Shown in pieces: positions 23,053 to 34,193 of a DNA stretch of 64,000 nucleotides (its first letter is position 1; every line of letters starts with the position of its first letter). Below the pieces are notes generated by a model. It was not told the origin of the DNA and did no database searches. It saw nothing but the letters and a program-made list of their open reading frames with translations. The position numbers and the translations under genes are program-made. This DNA is from Magnetovibrio sp. (GTDB taxonomy: Bacteria; Pseudomonadota; Alphaproteobacteria; Rhodospirillales; Casp-alpha2). The DNA lies in NCBI GenBank assembly GCA_002690705.1, contig NZFO01000012.1:53230-117229 (forward strand). Reading direction: 5' to 3'.

Positions 23053-23900
23053 TTAAAGTTTATCTGTTGTTTGCGTGGCCTTGGAGTACAGCACATCCCG
23101 GATAGCAGCAGTTGCCCGGCTGTGGAACGCCACATAAGCCGGATCAAAATCAGTTCTGGTAACCGGCGTCAGTTCAAAATTATCGTAAATATCCTCACCT
23201 TGAACCAAGGCTGCACTATCCTATTTTCCAACGCTTTGAGCTGTGGCAGTAGGCATGAAGTGCATGGATACACCAATACGGCGATCACTTGATTTATTCG
23301 GCCCAGATGCGTGGGCTAACCGATAATTATGAATAGACATCTTTCCCGGCTGTAACGGCATATAAGCGGCTTTGTCTTCGTCAAGGTCGACTGATATCTC
23401 TCGGCCTCGGGTCAACATGTTATGCTCATCATAACGGTCTTAGTCGGCAAGGATATCGCCAATATGTGTCCCGGGCATCACATGCATACAGCCGCTCTCA
23501 ATTGTATCCGGCGATAATGCGAGCCAAGTAATGACTACTTGGTCACTGGAAAGCCCCCCAGTAGCGCGTATCTTGATGCCATGAGACGAAAGTTTCTGAC
23601 CCCGCCTCCTTAATCCAGAAAAGTGTATTCCAACAGAGCAGATTTTTACCTATCAGCCGCGACACAGGAGCAAGAATCCTTGGGTCGCGAATTACATCAT
23701 CCAGCCATTTGAATAAGAGATGAGACTTATTGCGCTGGCAGGGCTCTAAATACCCACCTTGAGTGATCTCAAAAGCCTCAAGATTGGTCCGAAAATGAGT
23801 AACCTCGTTAGTATTCAAAACCGGAATCGGAAAACAATAACCGTCCTGATTATACTGGGAGACCTAGGCTGTCCGAAGTATTACCATTAGCAATCATTTT
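23053..23900 (-). pseudogene. phytanoyl-CoA dioxygenase (PhyH)-family gene with multiple inactivating lesions
   Basis: Hand translation: YNQDGYCFPIPVLNTNEV...WHQDTRYWG (frame change near 23540-23560 beside a C6 run at 23554-23559) ...VITWLALSPDTIESGCMHVMPGTH...LAD-TAA(23440-23442)-DRYDEHNMLTRG...MHFMP...SVGK-TAG(23221-23223)-DSAALVQGEDIY...TDKL-stop(23053-23055). The length is preserved but the frame is broken at 3 or more places. Confidence 0.75.
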
Positions 23901-23931
23901 ATTCTGCATTTTATAAAAAAAAGACATGTTT

Positions 23932-26337
23932 TTAAAAATCCGAGTGGGTGGCTTCACCAATCCTTTGACCTGCCGGCAATCGACAGATTACCGTCGTACC
24001 ACGGCCTGGTTGCGACCTTATTTCGACTTTACCTTGATGGCGTTCAACGAAACTTTTAACGATTGTCAGTCCAAGACCCACACCGCTGTCAGCTGCATCC
24101 GTAACTTTGGGGTTTCCAACTTTCTCAAAGGCCAGAAAAACACGCTCTCGACTCTCCGTTGGTATGCCCGCGCCTGTATCAGTGATAGAAATACTAATCT
24201 GCTCAGAGTATCTCTCGGCACTTAGACGGACATCACCTCGCTCAGGTGTGAAAGTGATAGCGTTCGACAAGAGGTTGAAGATAACTTGTTTCAATCGCCG
24301 CTCATCCCCCACCATCCAACCGATATCTGGAGGACAATCAAACGTGACGCTAAGCTCCCTCCGTCGAGCACGATCTTGTACAAGGTTTAATGCCCCGACT
24401 AACATCGCATGGATGTCAAACGTATCGCGTTGTAGCTCTAGTTGCCCTGCCTCAATGGAGGCTAAATCCAGAATATCACCTATGATTGACACCAAACCTT
24501 GAGACGTCATAAGAATACCGTCAGCGTATTCCTGTTGGCGTGAATTTAATCCGCCAAAATAGTCTTGCCGCAACATATCCGCAAAACCGATGATTGTGTT
24601 CATTGGCGTGCGAACTTCGTGGGATACGTTTGCAATAAAGCCTGACTTCATTTTATCAGCTTCGCGGTAAGCCACCGCCTGCTGGCGCAGCGAATCTTCA
24701 ACGCGGGCACTATCCGTGACGTCAAGATATGATAAAAGCACTGCCCCATCGGGGAGAGGCACGGTCGTGTAATCAATTACAGTATCATTTGTTAGCAGGC
24801 ACTTTCCTCGACTCGTGTTGCGAGCCATTAGGCTCGTCTTGGTAAGATCAAGATACGCTTGCCACGCCTCATCCGTCCAACTCTTTTGGCCCGAGGCTGC
24901 CGGCACAAGGTTACGGGTCTGATCTAAAACTTCATGGATATGGGGGCCTTGTAAAAGAACCTCCCCATCTAAATCCCATAACCGTACAAATGCTGGATTA
25001 AATAATTTAAGTTTACCATCGCTCCCATAAACTGCCACACCCTCATGCAAGTTATCCAGAGTCTCTTTTTGTACGGCGTTCAATTCATTAATTGCACGCT
25101 CCAATTTAAGTTGGTCACTCATGTTCTCAAATGAGAATGCTAGCCCACCACCCCCAATCGGGGTCGTGATGCGGCTAATAGTCCTTCCATCAGGAAGGTG
25201 CAGAACGTCTTTGATCGCCTTATCCACCGTATCAAACACCGCAAGGCTCTCAGACTTATATACTCGAAAATCAGGCACTTCGGGTAAGTTCCGGTTTTCG
25301 CGGAGTTTCTCTAAAATCTCTCCGTAACCCGGGCAATCCCGGAGCCAGTCCGTATCCAATTCCCAAAGTTCAGCATAGGCGTGAGTAAAAAATTCCAAGC
25401 GTTTATCACTGGAGAAAATCGCTGCTGCTGAACCCAAGGCCTCAAGTATATCGTGTCGGTAATGCGGATGTGGTTTGCGATCTCCCTCCACATCATCATT
25501 TGCAGTCCGGGGAACGCCGTAGCCAACTGTGCCGCCGGTCACCTTATTAAGGGCCCCAGCATTACCCAGAGGGACTTCAGTAATATCCATAGAGCTTACT
25601 ACACCGTCTCGGTCAATCAAACGCCGCTCGGAAAGCATCGTACCCTGACCTCGTGCCCGCTCAGCCATAGATGGATCAACGTCAACAATCCCATCCCCAG
25701 CCAGATTAACGAACGCTAATTCAAGGGTCGAGTCCCGCAGCCAGATGGGGAACGGCAACGCGTCCAACAATGCGGTTAGATGACGATCGTCTAAGCCCGA
25801 TTTATTGCTCTCGAGCATTGCAGAATGCATATTTTCATGTTCAGCATGTATCAGCGTTACATCCCTCATCCAAACAATATCAGCGACCGATTGCCCCTCG
25901 TCCGTCTCCGCACGAGCGCCAACCGCCTGCAAAACGCGCTCATCCATTTTAACCAAGATATCGAAAGGCGAACCATTTCCGCGTAATGCAGAGACGTGGC
26001 GTTCAAGCCGCATTAACGAGTCGTTTTTGAACTTCTCACGAATATCATCATAACGTGACTTTGTACCTGCTTCTAAGGACAAAAGAACCGCGAGCCGACT
26101 AGAGCAAGTGATCCCTCCTAAAATGTGATCCCAGAGAAAGATACCATCCGGTGCAGTTGCTATAATTTCACGTGCGCGCGTTGCCACACCCTTCAACCGA
26201 TCACGCTCTCTTTTTAGTCTTCTAAAGCCAGTGCGCTGGACTAACCATGAAATAAAAAAAACCAAAGCAAGGCACGTTGAACCCGCCGCCGTTATTTGGG
26301 CGGGATCCAAATCAAATATTGCGGATGGCAGGTCCAT
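23932..26337 (-). CDS. membrane-anchored PAS-domain sensor histidine kinase
   Basis: 801 aa with an N-terminal TM, PAS-like repeats, the H-box SHEVRTPMNTI, an N-box (LLSNAITF) and G-boxes (DTGAGI, GVGLGLTIV). It is adjacent to ahcY. Confidence 0.9.
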   Translation of the reverse strand: MDLPSAIFDLDPAQITAAGSTCLALVFFISWLVQRTGFRRLKRERDRLKGVATRAREIIATAPDGIFLWDHILGGITCSSRLAVLLSLEAGTKSRYDDIREKFKNDSLMRLERHVSALRGNGSPFDILVKMDERVLQAVGARAETDEGQSVADIVWMRDVTLIHAEHENMHSAMLESNKSGLDDRHLTALLDALPFPIWLRDSTLELAFVNLAGDGIVDVDPSMAERARGQGTMLSERRLIDRDGVVSSMDITEVPLGNAGALNKVTGGTVGYGVPRTANDDVEGDRKPHPHYRHDILEALGSAAAIFSSDKRLEFFTHAYAELWELDTDWLRDCPGYGEILEKLRENRNLPEVPDFRVYKSESLAVFDTVDKAIKDVLHLPDGRTISRITTPIGGGGLAFSFENMSDQLKLERAINELNAVQKETLDNLHEGVAVYGSDGKLKLFNPAFVRLWDLDGEVLLQGPHIHEVLDQTRNLVPAASGQKSWTDEAWQAYLDLTKTSLMARNTSRGKCLLTNDTVIDYTTVPLPDGAVLLSYLDVTDSARVEDSLRQQAVAYREADKMKSGFIANVSHEVRTPMNTIIGFADMLRQDYFGGLNSRQQEYADGILMTSQGLVSIIGDILDLASIEAGQLELQRDTFDIHAMLVGALNLVQDRARRRELSVTFDCPPDIGWMVGDERRLKQVIFNLLSNAITFTPERGDVRLSAERYSEQISISITDTGAGIPTESRERVFLAFEKVGNPKVTDAADSGVGLGLTIVKSFVERHQGKVEIRSQPGRGTTVICRLPAGQRIGEATHSDF

Positions 26338-26430
26338 ACACGTTATTTAGCCATTGACTGACGTTATGGGCAAGGAAGTAAAATATGTGCTCCATGAAAG
26401 CTGAAAAACTTCATGATAAATCATACCGAC

Positions 26431-27828
26431 TTAATATCTATAAGCCTCAGGCTTAAATGGGCCGTGGACGTCAATACCAATGTATTCCGCTTGATCTTGG
26501 CGCAGCCGACTCAACTTCGCGCCCAACTTATCAAGATGGAGTTGCGCCACTTTTTCATCTAAGTGTTTTGGCAATACATAAACTTGATTTTCATACTTTG
26601 ATGGGTCTTGCCAGATATCCATTTGGGCTAAGACCTGATTAGTAAAGCTGGCCGACATTACGAAGCTGGGATGTCCTGTTGCGCAACCTAGATTGACTAA
26701 GCGACCTTCAGCCAAGAGAATAATTCGCTTTCCGTCTGGAAACTCAATTTCATCAACCTGGCCTTTGATATTATTCCATTTAAAATTTTTGAGGCTTGCT
26801 ACCTGAATTTCATTATCAAAGTGGCCAATATTGCAAACAATGGCACGGTCTTTCATAGCCCGCATGTCATCCAAGGTAATTACGTCAATATTACCGGTCG
26901 TGGTGACAAAAATATCACCGCGCGTCGCCGCATCTTCCATAGTTACGACCTCAAATCCCTCCATGCAAGCCTGTAGAGCACAGATCGGATCGATTTCAGT
27001 GACCATAACCCGGCATCCAGCACTTCGCAGGCTCTCTGCCGATCCTTTACCAACATCGCCATATCCAGCAACGACTGCCACCTTCCCCGCCAACATCACA
27101 TCGGTCGCTCGCCGAATACCGTCCACTAAACTCTCTCGGCACCCATACTTGTTGTCAAACTTCGACTTCGTTACCGAGTCGTTTACATTAATAGCAGGAA
27201 ATAGAAGCGCACCCTCCTTTGCCATCTCAAGTAAACGGTGCACGCCCGTAGTTGTCTCCTCCGTCACTCCCATTATGTTTTTACCAAGCTTTTTATACCA
27301 ACCCGGCTGTTCAGCAACTCGCTTTTTTACGCTAGCAAATAATGCCTCCTCCTCCTCACTGCCGGGATGGTCGAGCACAGAGATATCCTGCTCTGCCTTA
27401 ATCCCTAAGTGTACAAGTAAAGTGGCATCGCCCCCATCATCCAAGATCATATTCGGAGTTCCGCCATCCGACCATTCAAAAATTTTATGAGCGTATTCCC
27501 AATAGTCTTCTAAGCTCTCGCCTTTAACAGCGAATACCGGGATTTCTTCTGTTGCAATCGCCGCGGCTGCGTGATCTTGAGTTGAAAAGATATTGCAGGA
27601 GGCCCAGCGGATATCCGCGCCCAAAGCCCGTAAAGTTCGAATAAGAACGGCCGTCTGAATTGTCATGTGAAGGGAGCCCGCAATCCGAGCCCCTTTAAGT
27701 GGCTGAGTGCTATGGTATTCTTCACGAATAGCAACGAGGCCAGGCATTTCCGTTTCAGCTAAATCAATCTCTTTTTTGCCCCATTCTGCTAGATTTATGT
27801 CTGCTATGGTATAATCATTAAAAGGCAT
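26431..27828 (-). CDS. ahcY: S-adenosyl-L-homocysteine hydrolase (adenosylhomocysteinase)
   Basis: 465 aa with DDGGDAT, the NAD motif [10 protein letters not shown], and GHFDNEI. Confidence 0.97.
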   Translation of the reverse strand: MPFNDYTIADINLAEWGKKEIDLAETEMPGLVAIREEYHSTQPLKGARIAGSLHMTIQTAVLIRTLRALGADIRWASCNIFSTQDHAAAAIATEEIPVFAVKGESLEDYWEYAHKIFEWSDGGTPNMILDDGGDATLLVHLGIKAEQDISVLDHPGSEEEEALFASVKKRVAEQPGWYKKLGKNIMGVTEETTTGVHRLLEMAKEGALLFPAINVNDSVTKSKFDNKYGCRESLVDGIRRATDVMLAGKVAVVAGYGDVGKGSAESLRSAGCRVMVTEIDPICALQACMEGFEVVTMEDAATRGDIFVTTTGNIDVITLDDMRAMKDRAIVCNIGHFDNEIQVASLKNFKWNNIKGQVDEIEFPDGKRIILLAEGRLVNLGCATGHPSFVMSASFTNQVLAQMDIWQDPSKYENQVYVLPKHLDEKVAQLHLDKLGAKLSRLRQDQAEYIGIDVHGPFKPEAYRY

Positions 27829-28591
27829 CGTCGACTCCTTTATTATTTTCTTGCGATAAAATACTCCCTCGTCTTCGGCGGTTTAAACCAGGTCACGGGG
27901 TGGAGCAAGTTTTCTTGATTAAGCTTGCTAGATTAGTTGGATTTAATCTCGATTAACGCTTTTTAAGCCACACTTAATCTGCCAGAAAATCAACGCCTTA
28001 ACGACATGCAATTTAAGCCGTTCGCAGAGCCCGGCAGCCCAAAATAAATTTTAAACAAGATTTACGTATTCAAATAATCTACCCGTAAAATAGCCCCGCG
28101 GTAATTCCACCGCGGCGCCTCAGCCGACCATCAAGTAATCTATTGCAAAGTCTGCTTTTCTCCACATCACTTATTCAATGGTCTGATAAGGAGTGTAGAC
28201 ACCATTTTTATAGCTCAAGACGACTCGCATAAATTACTCCGGTTTCTTAACCCGTAAAAAATTAACTTGGGGCCTTTAGCACCGGCACTATGCTGGCATC
28301 TACACAGCCTAGGCAAAATAACCATGATAATTTTTGAGGCGTATGCGAGTACTACGCCTTGAGCAGAGTTAGAAACCAAATTTTTAGTGATCCTAGATCA
28401 TACGATTGGTCACGATATTTTAAAAATAGGATTACAATTGAATGGACGGGCGAAATACGTTTCGAGACAGACCGCATTTCAACATTAGGTCATGATTACA
28501 TAAGCCAAAGAGCCCACGGAGATGAAAATTTTTCAGCTTTGTGTAAATTCATTATTGGCAGACAGATAAACAAAGTAGTACCGTCAAATTC

Positions 28592-28942
28592 ATGCGAAAG
28601 GCTTATTATTCAATCTCATGTAGCGTTAGTGCAATCGTTATTCTCATAATACTGAGTGGATGCACACCCGCAAAAAAAATTTGGTTCAAGACAGGAATAA
28701 CGAGAAACGAGTGGATAAACGATAGGATAATATGTGGAAGTCAAGCCGATAAATTGGTCCATGACCAAGATCTGCAGCCTAATCCTCAACACCAAGCCGG
28801 ATTAAACACAGGCATGGGTTATGAAAAACTGATCCGCAGCCACAACGCGAGGAAAACCTACCAAAAAATCTACAGCGATTGCTTAAAACGGCGTGGATAT
28901 CGGCTTGTCATTCCAACCTCGGCAAAAAGTAAATCAACTTGA
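28592..28942 (+). CDS. putative lipoprotein
   Basis: 116 aa with a signal peptide and lipobox ILSG|C. No recognisable domain. Confidence 0.45.
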   Translation: MRKAYYSISCSVSAIVILIILSGCTPAKKIWFKTGITRNEWINDRIICGSQADKLVHDQDLQPNPQHQAGLNTGMGYEKLIRSHNARKTYQKIYSDCLKRRGYRLVIPTSAKSKST

Positions 28943-28996
28943 TTGCCCATAGATAGTCTTGTTGAATGGCGACCTTATTCTTAAATTCTTAAAACT

Positions 28997-30793
28997 ATGA
29001 TCAAAAAAACACTTTCACCAGCAGCCCGCCTCCAAGCATTTCGAGCGGAGCTTGGCGCCCAAAACTTCGACGGGTTTCTTGTACCGCGGAGCGATGAACA
29101 TCAGGGGGAATATGTCTCAGCTCGCTCAGAACGGCTAGCATGGCTCACAGGATTTACAGGCTCCGCTGGACTTGCCGTCATCAGTCAGAGCCACGCCGCT
29201 ATTTTTACCGATGGCCGCTACACGTTGCAGGTTGAAACGGAGGTGGACGCAAATTTGTATGAGTGCCTCCACCTCAGTGATCAACCTGCGACAAGGTGGA
29301 TATGCGAGCACATGTCTGACGGCCAAACATTAGGGTACGACCCATGGTTATTCACGCCTAAGCAAGTCAAAATCTATCGAGATATTTGCCAAGAGATCGG
29401 CATTCACCTCCAAAGGTGTAATAATAACCCTATTGACGCTGTATGGCTAAACCAGCCAATGGCTCCGGAAGAGTCCGTAATGTATCTTGATTTAAAATTT
29501 ACTGGCGAGACATCCGCTGAAAAAAGGCTCCGTATAAGCAGTGTCCTCATGCGTGATGGGGCCGACGCAGTAATTTTGACAGCTCCAGACTCCATAGCAT
29601 GGCTATTTAATATTCGAGGCGGCGATGTGCCATTTGCCCCGTTTGCACTCTCATTTGCAATCCTGTATTCGGATGGAAGTGCGGATTGGTTTATTGACGC
29701 AATGAAAATACCAGCCAACCTGCGAGATGAGCTAGATAGCGATATTAAAGTACATCCACCTAGCGCATTGAGCAAAACAATCGACCATCTGGGAGAATGC
29801 AAGAAGGTAGTGCGTGCGGACCCGGCTTCTGCAGCAGAGTGGATACATGAGCGGTTACACACGGCGGGGGCCACATTATCGCAACTTGTTGATCCCTGCC
29901 AGTTAGCCAAAGCACGGAAGAATTCCACTCAAATTTCCGGCATGAGAAACGCTCACCTCCGCGACGGAATCGCTCTAACGCGCTTTCTATTCTGGTTGGA
30001 ACATACGATAAAAATTAGTCCTATTACCGAAATTTCAGCAGCAAACCAATTAGAATATTTTAGACGGGAGAGCCGAATGTTTAGGGGCTCAAGTTTTCCA
30101 ACAATTTCCGGAGCGGGACCAAACGGAGCGATCGTCCATTATCGAGCTACCGGGGCGACGGACCGTATATTAACGCAGAATAGTCTATACTTGGTTGACT
30201 CAGGTGCACAATACCCCGACGGAACAACTGACATTACTCGGACTATCGCCATTGGCACTCCAAGCGAGAACATGCGACGACATTTCACATTAGTGCTTAA
30301 AGGGCATATTGCTATAGCTCGTGCAGTATTTCCCGCGGGAACAAGTGGAAGCCAGTTGGACGTTTTGGCCAGATTAGCGCTGTGGCGGGAAGGCCTCGAT
30401 TATGATCATGGAACGGGTCATGGCGTTGGTAGCTTTTTAAGCGTTCATGAGGGACCTCAAAGGATTACAAAAACGCCCGATAAGATTGCGCTAGAGGTTG
30501 GAATGGTTGTTTCGAATGAGCCTGGTTTTTATTTGACAGGTAAGTACGGCATTCGTATTGAGAACTTGGTTGCCGTAAAGGAGTCACAGTGTGGCAGCCA
30601 ACCGAGTAATTTTCTTGATTTTGAAACGCTAACCATCGCACCAATTGACCGTCACCTGATTCAAAACTCTCTAATGAATAACGATGAGATAGAGTGGCTG
30701 AACGAATATCATGGTCGTGTACGTAGAGAAATTTCACCTCATGTCGACAATGATGTATTGGTTTGGCTAAATTCTGCTACGGCCCCACTTTAA
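28997..30793 (+). CDS. pepP: Xaa-Pro aminopeptidase (M24B, aminopeptidase P type, long form)
   Basis: 598 aa with a pita-bread-fold C-terminus and metal-ligand contexts (VDSGAQYPDGTTDITRT, HGTGHGVG, SNEPGFY, IRIENL). Confidence 0.88.
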   Translation: MIKKTLSPAARLQAFRAELGAQNFDGFLVPRSDEHQGEYVSARSERLAWLTGFTGSAGLAVISQSHAAIFTDGRYTLQVETEVDANLYECLHLSDQPATRWICEHMSDGQTLGYDPWLFTPKQVKIYRDICQEIGIHLQRCNNNPIDAVWLNQPMAPEESVMYLDLKFTGETSAEKRLRISSVLMRDGADAVILTAPDSIAWLFNIRGGDVPFAPFALSFAILYSDGSADWFIDAMKIPANLRDELDSDIKVHPPSALSKTIDHLGECKKVVRADPASAAEWIHERLHTAGATLSQLVDPCQLAKARKNSTQISGMRNAHLRDGIALTRFLFWLEHTIKISPITEISAANQLEYFRRESRMFRGSSFPTISGAGPNGAIVHYRATGATDRILTQNSLYLVDSGAQYPDGTTDITRTIAIGTPSENMRRHFTLVLKGHIAIARAVFPAGTSGSQLDVLARLALWREGLDYDHGTGHGVGSFLSVHEGPQRITKTPDKIALEVGMVVSNEPGFYLTGKYGIRIENLVAVKESQCGSQPSNFLDFETLTIAPIDRHLIQNSLMNNDEIEWLNEYHGRVRREISPHVDNDVLVWLNSATAPL

Positions 30794-31404
30794 ACCTTAA
30801 AATTCGGTGTTTTATACAAATAGACAGGACTTTTATAGAGATCGTCAGCATATACCGTGGCAATGGGTTGCCAGTTGGGCATCGCAAATGTATGGCAGAC
30901 CACCAATGTACCAGGTACCATTTCACGTTCTAATTTTTTTTCCAATACTTCCATCTGCCGAGCCGAGAGATAACACGAGACCAATGCGGCATCACAAAGA
31001 TTGTATTGACTGAAATCATTGAGGTGGATTTCTAAGTTTTTGGGACCTCCCGTGGCCAAGCGGATCCATGTAAATACCCATGGTAATGGTGAACGTTCGA
31101 TTGCGATCACGCGATGGCTTGAAAACATACGAGCAAAAACTAACGCATTTCCTCCCCAACCAGCCCCAAGCTCGTATACGCGTCCCTTGTCCTCAAACAC
31201 CTCTGGAAGGCGCTTTGGTAACAATGCCAACATAGCGTTCCGTACTTTGGGGGAAGTTGGCGTTGGTGGACTGCCAGTTAGCAGCGTGTAACAGAAAATC
31301 ATCGCGATCGCGACAAGGCTTAGCCCAAGGATAATTAAGTCCACAGTAATCCTATTAAAAGCAATATTGCCATTTGGCGTGTTCAAGATAAAATAAAATT
31401 GCAA
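30790..31404 (-). CDS. class I SAM-dependent methyltransferase with N-terminal TM helix
   Basis: 204 aa with motif I VYELGAGWGGNA. It overlaps the pepP stop by 4 nt (convergent). Confidence 0.65.
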   Translation of the reverse strand: MQFYFILNTPNGNIAFNRITVDLIILGLSLVAIAMIFCYTLLTGSPPTPTSPKVRNAMLALLPKRLPEVFEDKGRVYELGAGWGGNALVFARMFSSHRVIAIERSPLPWVFTWIRLATGGPKNLEIHLNDFSQYNLCDAALVSCYLSARQMEVLEKKLEREMVPGTLVVCHTFAMPNWQPIATVYADDLYKSPVYLYKTPNFKV

Positions 31405-31429
31405 TTGGGTCCATAAGCGTACTTATAAC

Positions 31430-31864
31430 ATGGGATTATTTGAAAATATAATCAGTAGCTCTGAAACGGCCAAGACACCTCTTGATCCGGGGTGGGTGCG
31501 TGACAAAGGTGGTCATTTTATGAGATTACTTAGCTTAGACCCCGAGGAGGCTGGATTATCTGGGAAATCAGGTGTCTTTGTAATCTGGCATACCGGCGTA
31601 AAGCCGGGGTGGGTTTACGTCGGCCATAGCGAGGACTTGGCTCACACATTTTTTATATTGGGAAAAAATAAAGAGGTGATTAGTTTTGATAATCGCGGAT
31701 CCTTATATGTAACTTGGTGCTTCGTTCGCGACAAATTCGCGGATGGCGTAGTGGCTTACCTGACACAAAAGTTGAATCCACAGGTAGCCAATCCTCAGAT
31801 GGTAGAGATGAAAACCAGTGATATGATCGCTGTTTACCCACCCGGTAAAGCTCCAAAAGGCTAA
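31430..31864 (+). CDS. hypothetical protein
   Basis: 144-aa ORF with coding-like composition and no domain I can recognise. Confidence 0.4.
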   Translation: MGLFENIISSSETAKTPLDPGWVRDKGGHFMRLLSLDPEEAGLSGKSGVFVIWHTGVKPGWVYVGHSEDLAHTFFILGKNKEVISFDNRGSLYVTWCFVRDKFADGVVAYLTQKLNPQVANPQMVEMKTSDMIAVYPPGKAPKG

Positions 31865-32513
31865 AATAAAATGTGGGGGATCAAACAGACAACGAACTCC
31901 AATTAAAGTTCTTTGTGCTACAGTACAAGACAGACTTTGCTGTGAGCCTGAGCGCAAAAGCGGTTCCAAACCAAAAAATTATCATCGTTAGGGCTAAATT
32001 CTAGAGGCGAGTGCTAAGACGTTAAATGATTACGTGGGAGAAATCCTCAGTTTCGGTAAAGCCATCTGGGGTATCACAGGGAAAGGTAACGATATCGACT
32101 TCGCATTCTTACATCCGAATGAATCAGCTCTCAGTTAGTTATAAAGTGGTCAAACGAGGCGGGCTGGTAATGTTTTGTGCTTAAACCATGGGTTACGATT
32201 TGACAAAGGGTGCTTGTTTTATATGGATGCACCAAAAGCGCATTCAGGGCAGTCACTTCGCCCATTTATGGCAATTATCTCAAGCTATTCAATTAGTTGT
32301 TGAGCGGCGTGTGGAGCCATGAATGTCTGAGGTATTCTCATGGGGTGATATTCTAGGAGCACATATGCAGATGATGCGCAATCAGCACAAACCGCGTAAT
32401 ATATGTGTATTAGTTCAAGCGGCTAAACCTTGCAGGAAATCCATTGAGGATTACCTCGAAGGCTAATTCTTATCTTTTTACTGATCGTTTGATGAAAATT
32501 CAGGAGCCTAAAA

Positions 32514-34193
32514 ATGGATGGTGCTTATTCTAGTAATGACATAGTGATCGAGAATTTACTCGGCAAATGTGGCGCTGCGCTAAGAGAGACCGAAAATCTA
32601 CTGACAGCAGCACACCAAAAGTTGGGTAAGCGGGTATTCAGAGATGGATGTGTCAATAGCGATTTACTGGAAGCAAATCAATTTGCGGCGCATGGCTATG
32701 CTTGGTTGGCTACCTATGTAGAGGGTTTACGTCAAATGCTCAAATGGGCTAGGCGGATTGAAAGCAAGGGTAAGCTCAGTGAATTGGAAATTTTGATTAC
32801 CCAAGCCGCGTTTGGCGAGTACCTAAATCAAATGATAAGCGGGATTGCGATGTCCCAAGTTGAGGTCGTTCGTGCCCGTGATATCGGCTTGACAGACCAT
32901 GATTTGCAAAAATTTTATTCAGACGCGGTAACCTCACTCATCCAAAACGGAAATACAAATGCAGTGCGGATGCGTATTGCTGATCTAATGAAATATGGCA
33001 ATTACGGTGAAATCGGGTTAGGCGATGAAACTCTGGAGTTAATCCGGGATCAGTTTCGCCGCTTTGTCGACAAAGAGGTCATGCCAAACGCCCATAAATG
33101 GCATCTCAATGATGATTTAATACCGATGGATATAATTAAAAAAATGGCAGAGTTAGGTGTATTCGGGCTCACAGTCCCTGAGCAATGGGGCGGTCTTGGT
33201 TTAGGTAAAATATCCATGTGCCTCGTCACCGAGGAACTCAGTCGCGGCTATATAGGAGTTGGCTCTCTGAGCACACGTTCAGAAATTGCCGCCGAGCTTA
33301 TTCGCCTAGGTGGCACCGATGCACAAAAAAACTTTTACTTGCCAAAAATTGCCTCTGGGGAAATCCTGCCTGCGGCAGTTTTCACTGAACCAAACACTGG
33401 TTCGGACCTGGCAAATCTTCAAACTCGCGCAGAGAAATATGGCGCCTTTTATCGCATTACAGGAAATAAGACATGGATTACGCATGCCGCGCGGACGGAT
33501 ATAATGACACTTTTGGCTCGGACGGATGGTGATCAGCTAGGCTACAAGGGTTTATCAATGTTCTTGGCTGAGAAGCCCCGATCGGCTGATCCCGAAACCC
33601 CATTCCCTGCTCCTGGAATGTTTGGTGGAGAGATCGAGGTGCTCGGCTACCGAGGAATGAAAGAATATGAAATCAGCTTCGACAATTTCGAAGTCCCAGC
33701 CTCTCAGCTACTTGGCAGTGCAGAAGGCCAAGGCTTTAAGCAACTTATGGCCACTTTCGAATCGGCACGTATTCAAACCGCCGCTCGTGCAGTTGGCGTC
33801 GGCCAGAACGCTCTGGAGCTCGGCGTCAACTACGCGCAACAACGCATTCAATTCACCAAGCCAATTGCGGCCTTCCCGAGGGTGGCTGGAAAATTAGCTT
33901 GGATGGCGGTTGAGTTAATGGTCTCGCGCCAGCTTACGCATTACGCAGCTCGTCAGAAAGACTTAGACTGCCGTTGTGATATTGAAGCCGGGATGGCTAA
34001 GTTACTGGCGGCTCGCGTTGCTTGGGCAAATGCTGATAACGCTTTGCAGATTCATGGTGGGAATGGGTATGCTCTGGAATATCCCATATCTCGCGTTCTT
34101 TGTGATGCCCGTATTTTGAATATATTTGAGGGCGCTGCGGAGATACAAAGTCACGTTATTGCACGTGGCCTTCTTGACAGAAACAGCCAATAG
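32514..34193 (+). CDS. acyl-CoA dehydrogenase-family protein with ~170-aa N-terminal extension
   Basis: 559 aa. The ACAD core is visible from about residue 175 (AVFTEPNTGSDL, QIHGGNGY, IFEGAAEIQ). Confidence 0.85.
   Translation: MDGAYSSNDIVIENLLGKCGAALRETENLLTAAHQKLGKRVFRDGCVNSDLLEANQFAAHGYAWLATYVEGLRQMLKWARRIESKGKLSELEILITQAAFGEYLNQMISGIAMSQVEVVRARDIGLTDHDLQKFYSDAVTSLIQNGNTNAVRMRIADLMKYGNYGEIGLGDETLELIRDQFRRFVDKEVMPNAHKWHLNDDLIPMDIIKKMAELGVFGLTVPEQWGGLGLGKISMCLVTEELSRGYIGVGSLSTRSEIAAELIRLGGTDAQKNFYLPKIASGEILPAAVFTEPNTGSDLANLQTRAEKYGAFYRITGNKTWITHAARTDIMTLLARTDGDQLGYKGLSMFLAEKPRSADPETPFPAPGMFGGEIEVLGYRGMKEYEISFDNFEVPASQLLGSAEGQGFKQLMATFESARIQTAARAVGVGQNALELGVNYAQQRIQFTKPIAAFPRVAGKLAWMAVELMVSRQLTHYAARQKDLDCRCDIEAGMAKLLAARVAWANADNALQIHGGNGYALEYPISRVLCDARILNIFEGAAEIQSHVIARGLLDRNSQ

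Noticed and set aside
26831-27490. Long antisense ORFs inside well-supported genes (e.g. 26831..27490 in ahcY, 51247..51954 in the PK-like gene, 46819..47322 in rpsA, 29404..29928 in pepP, 2762..3178 in argH)
   Set aside because: They are Ser/Arg/Pro-rich translations opposite strongly supported genes. These are typical shadow ORFs.
27829-27960. SAH riboswitch in the ahcY leader
   Set aside because: I looked for the conserved SAH-riboswitch core (GAGGAGCGCUGC ... AACGGCGCUC). The leader (…CTCCACCCCGTGACCTGGTTTAAACCGCCGAAGACGAGGGAG…) does not contain it. An Infernal scan would be decisive.
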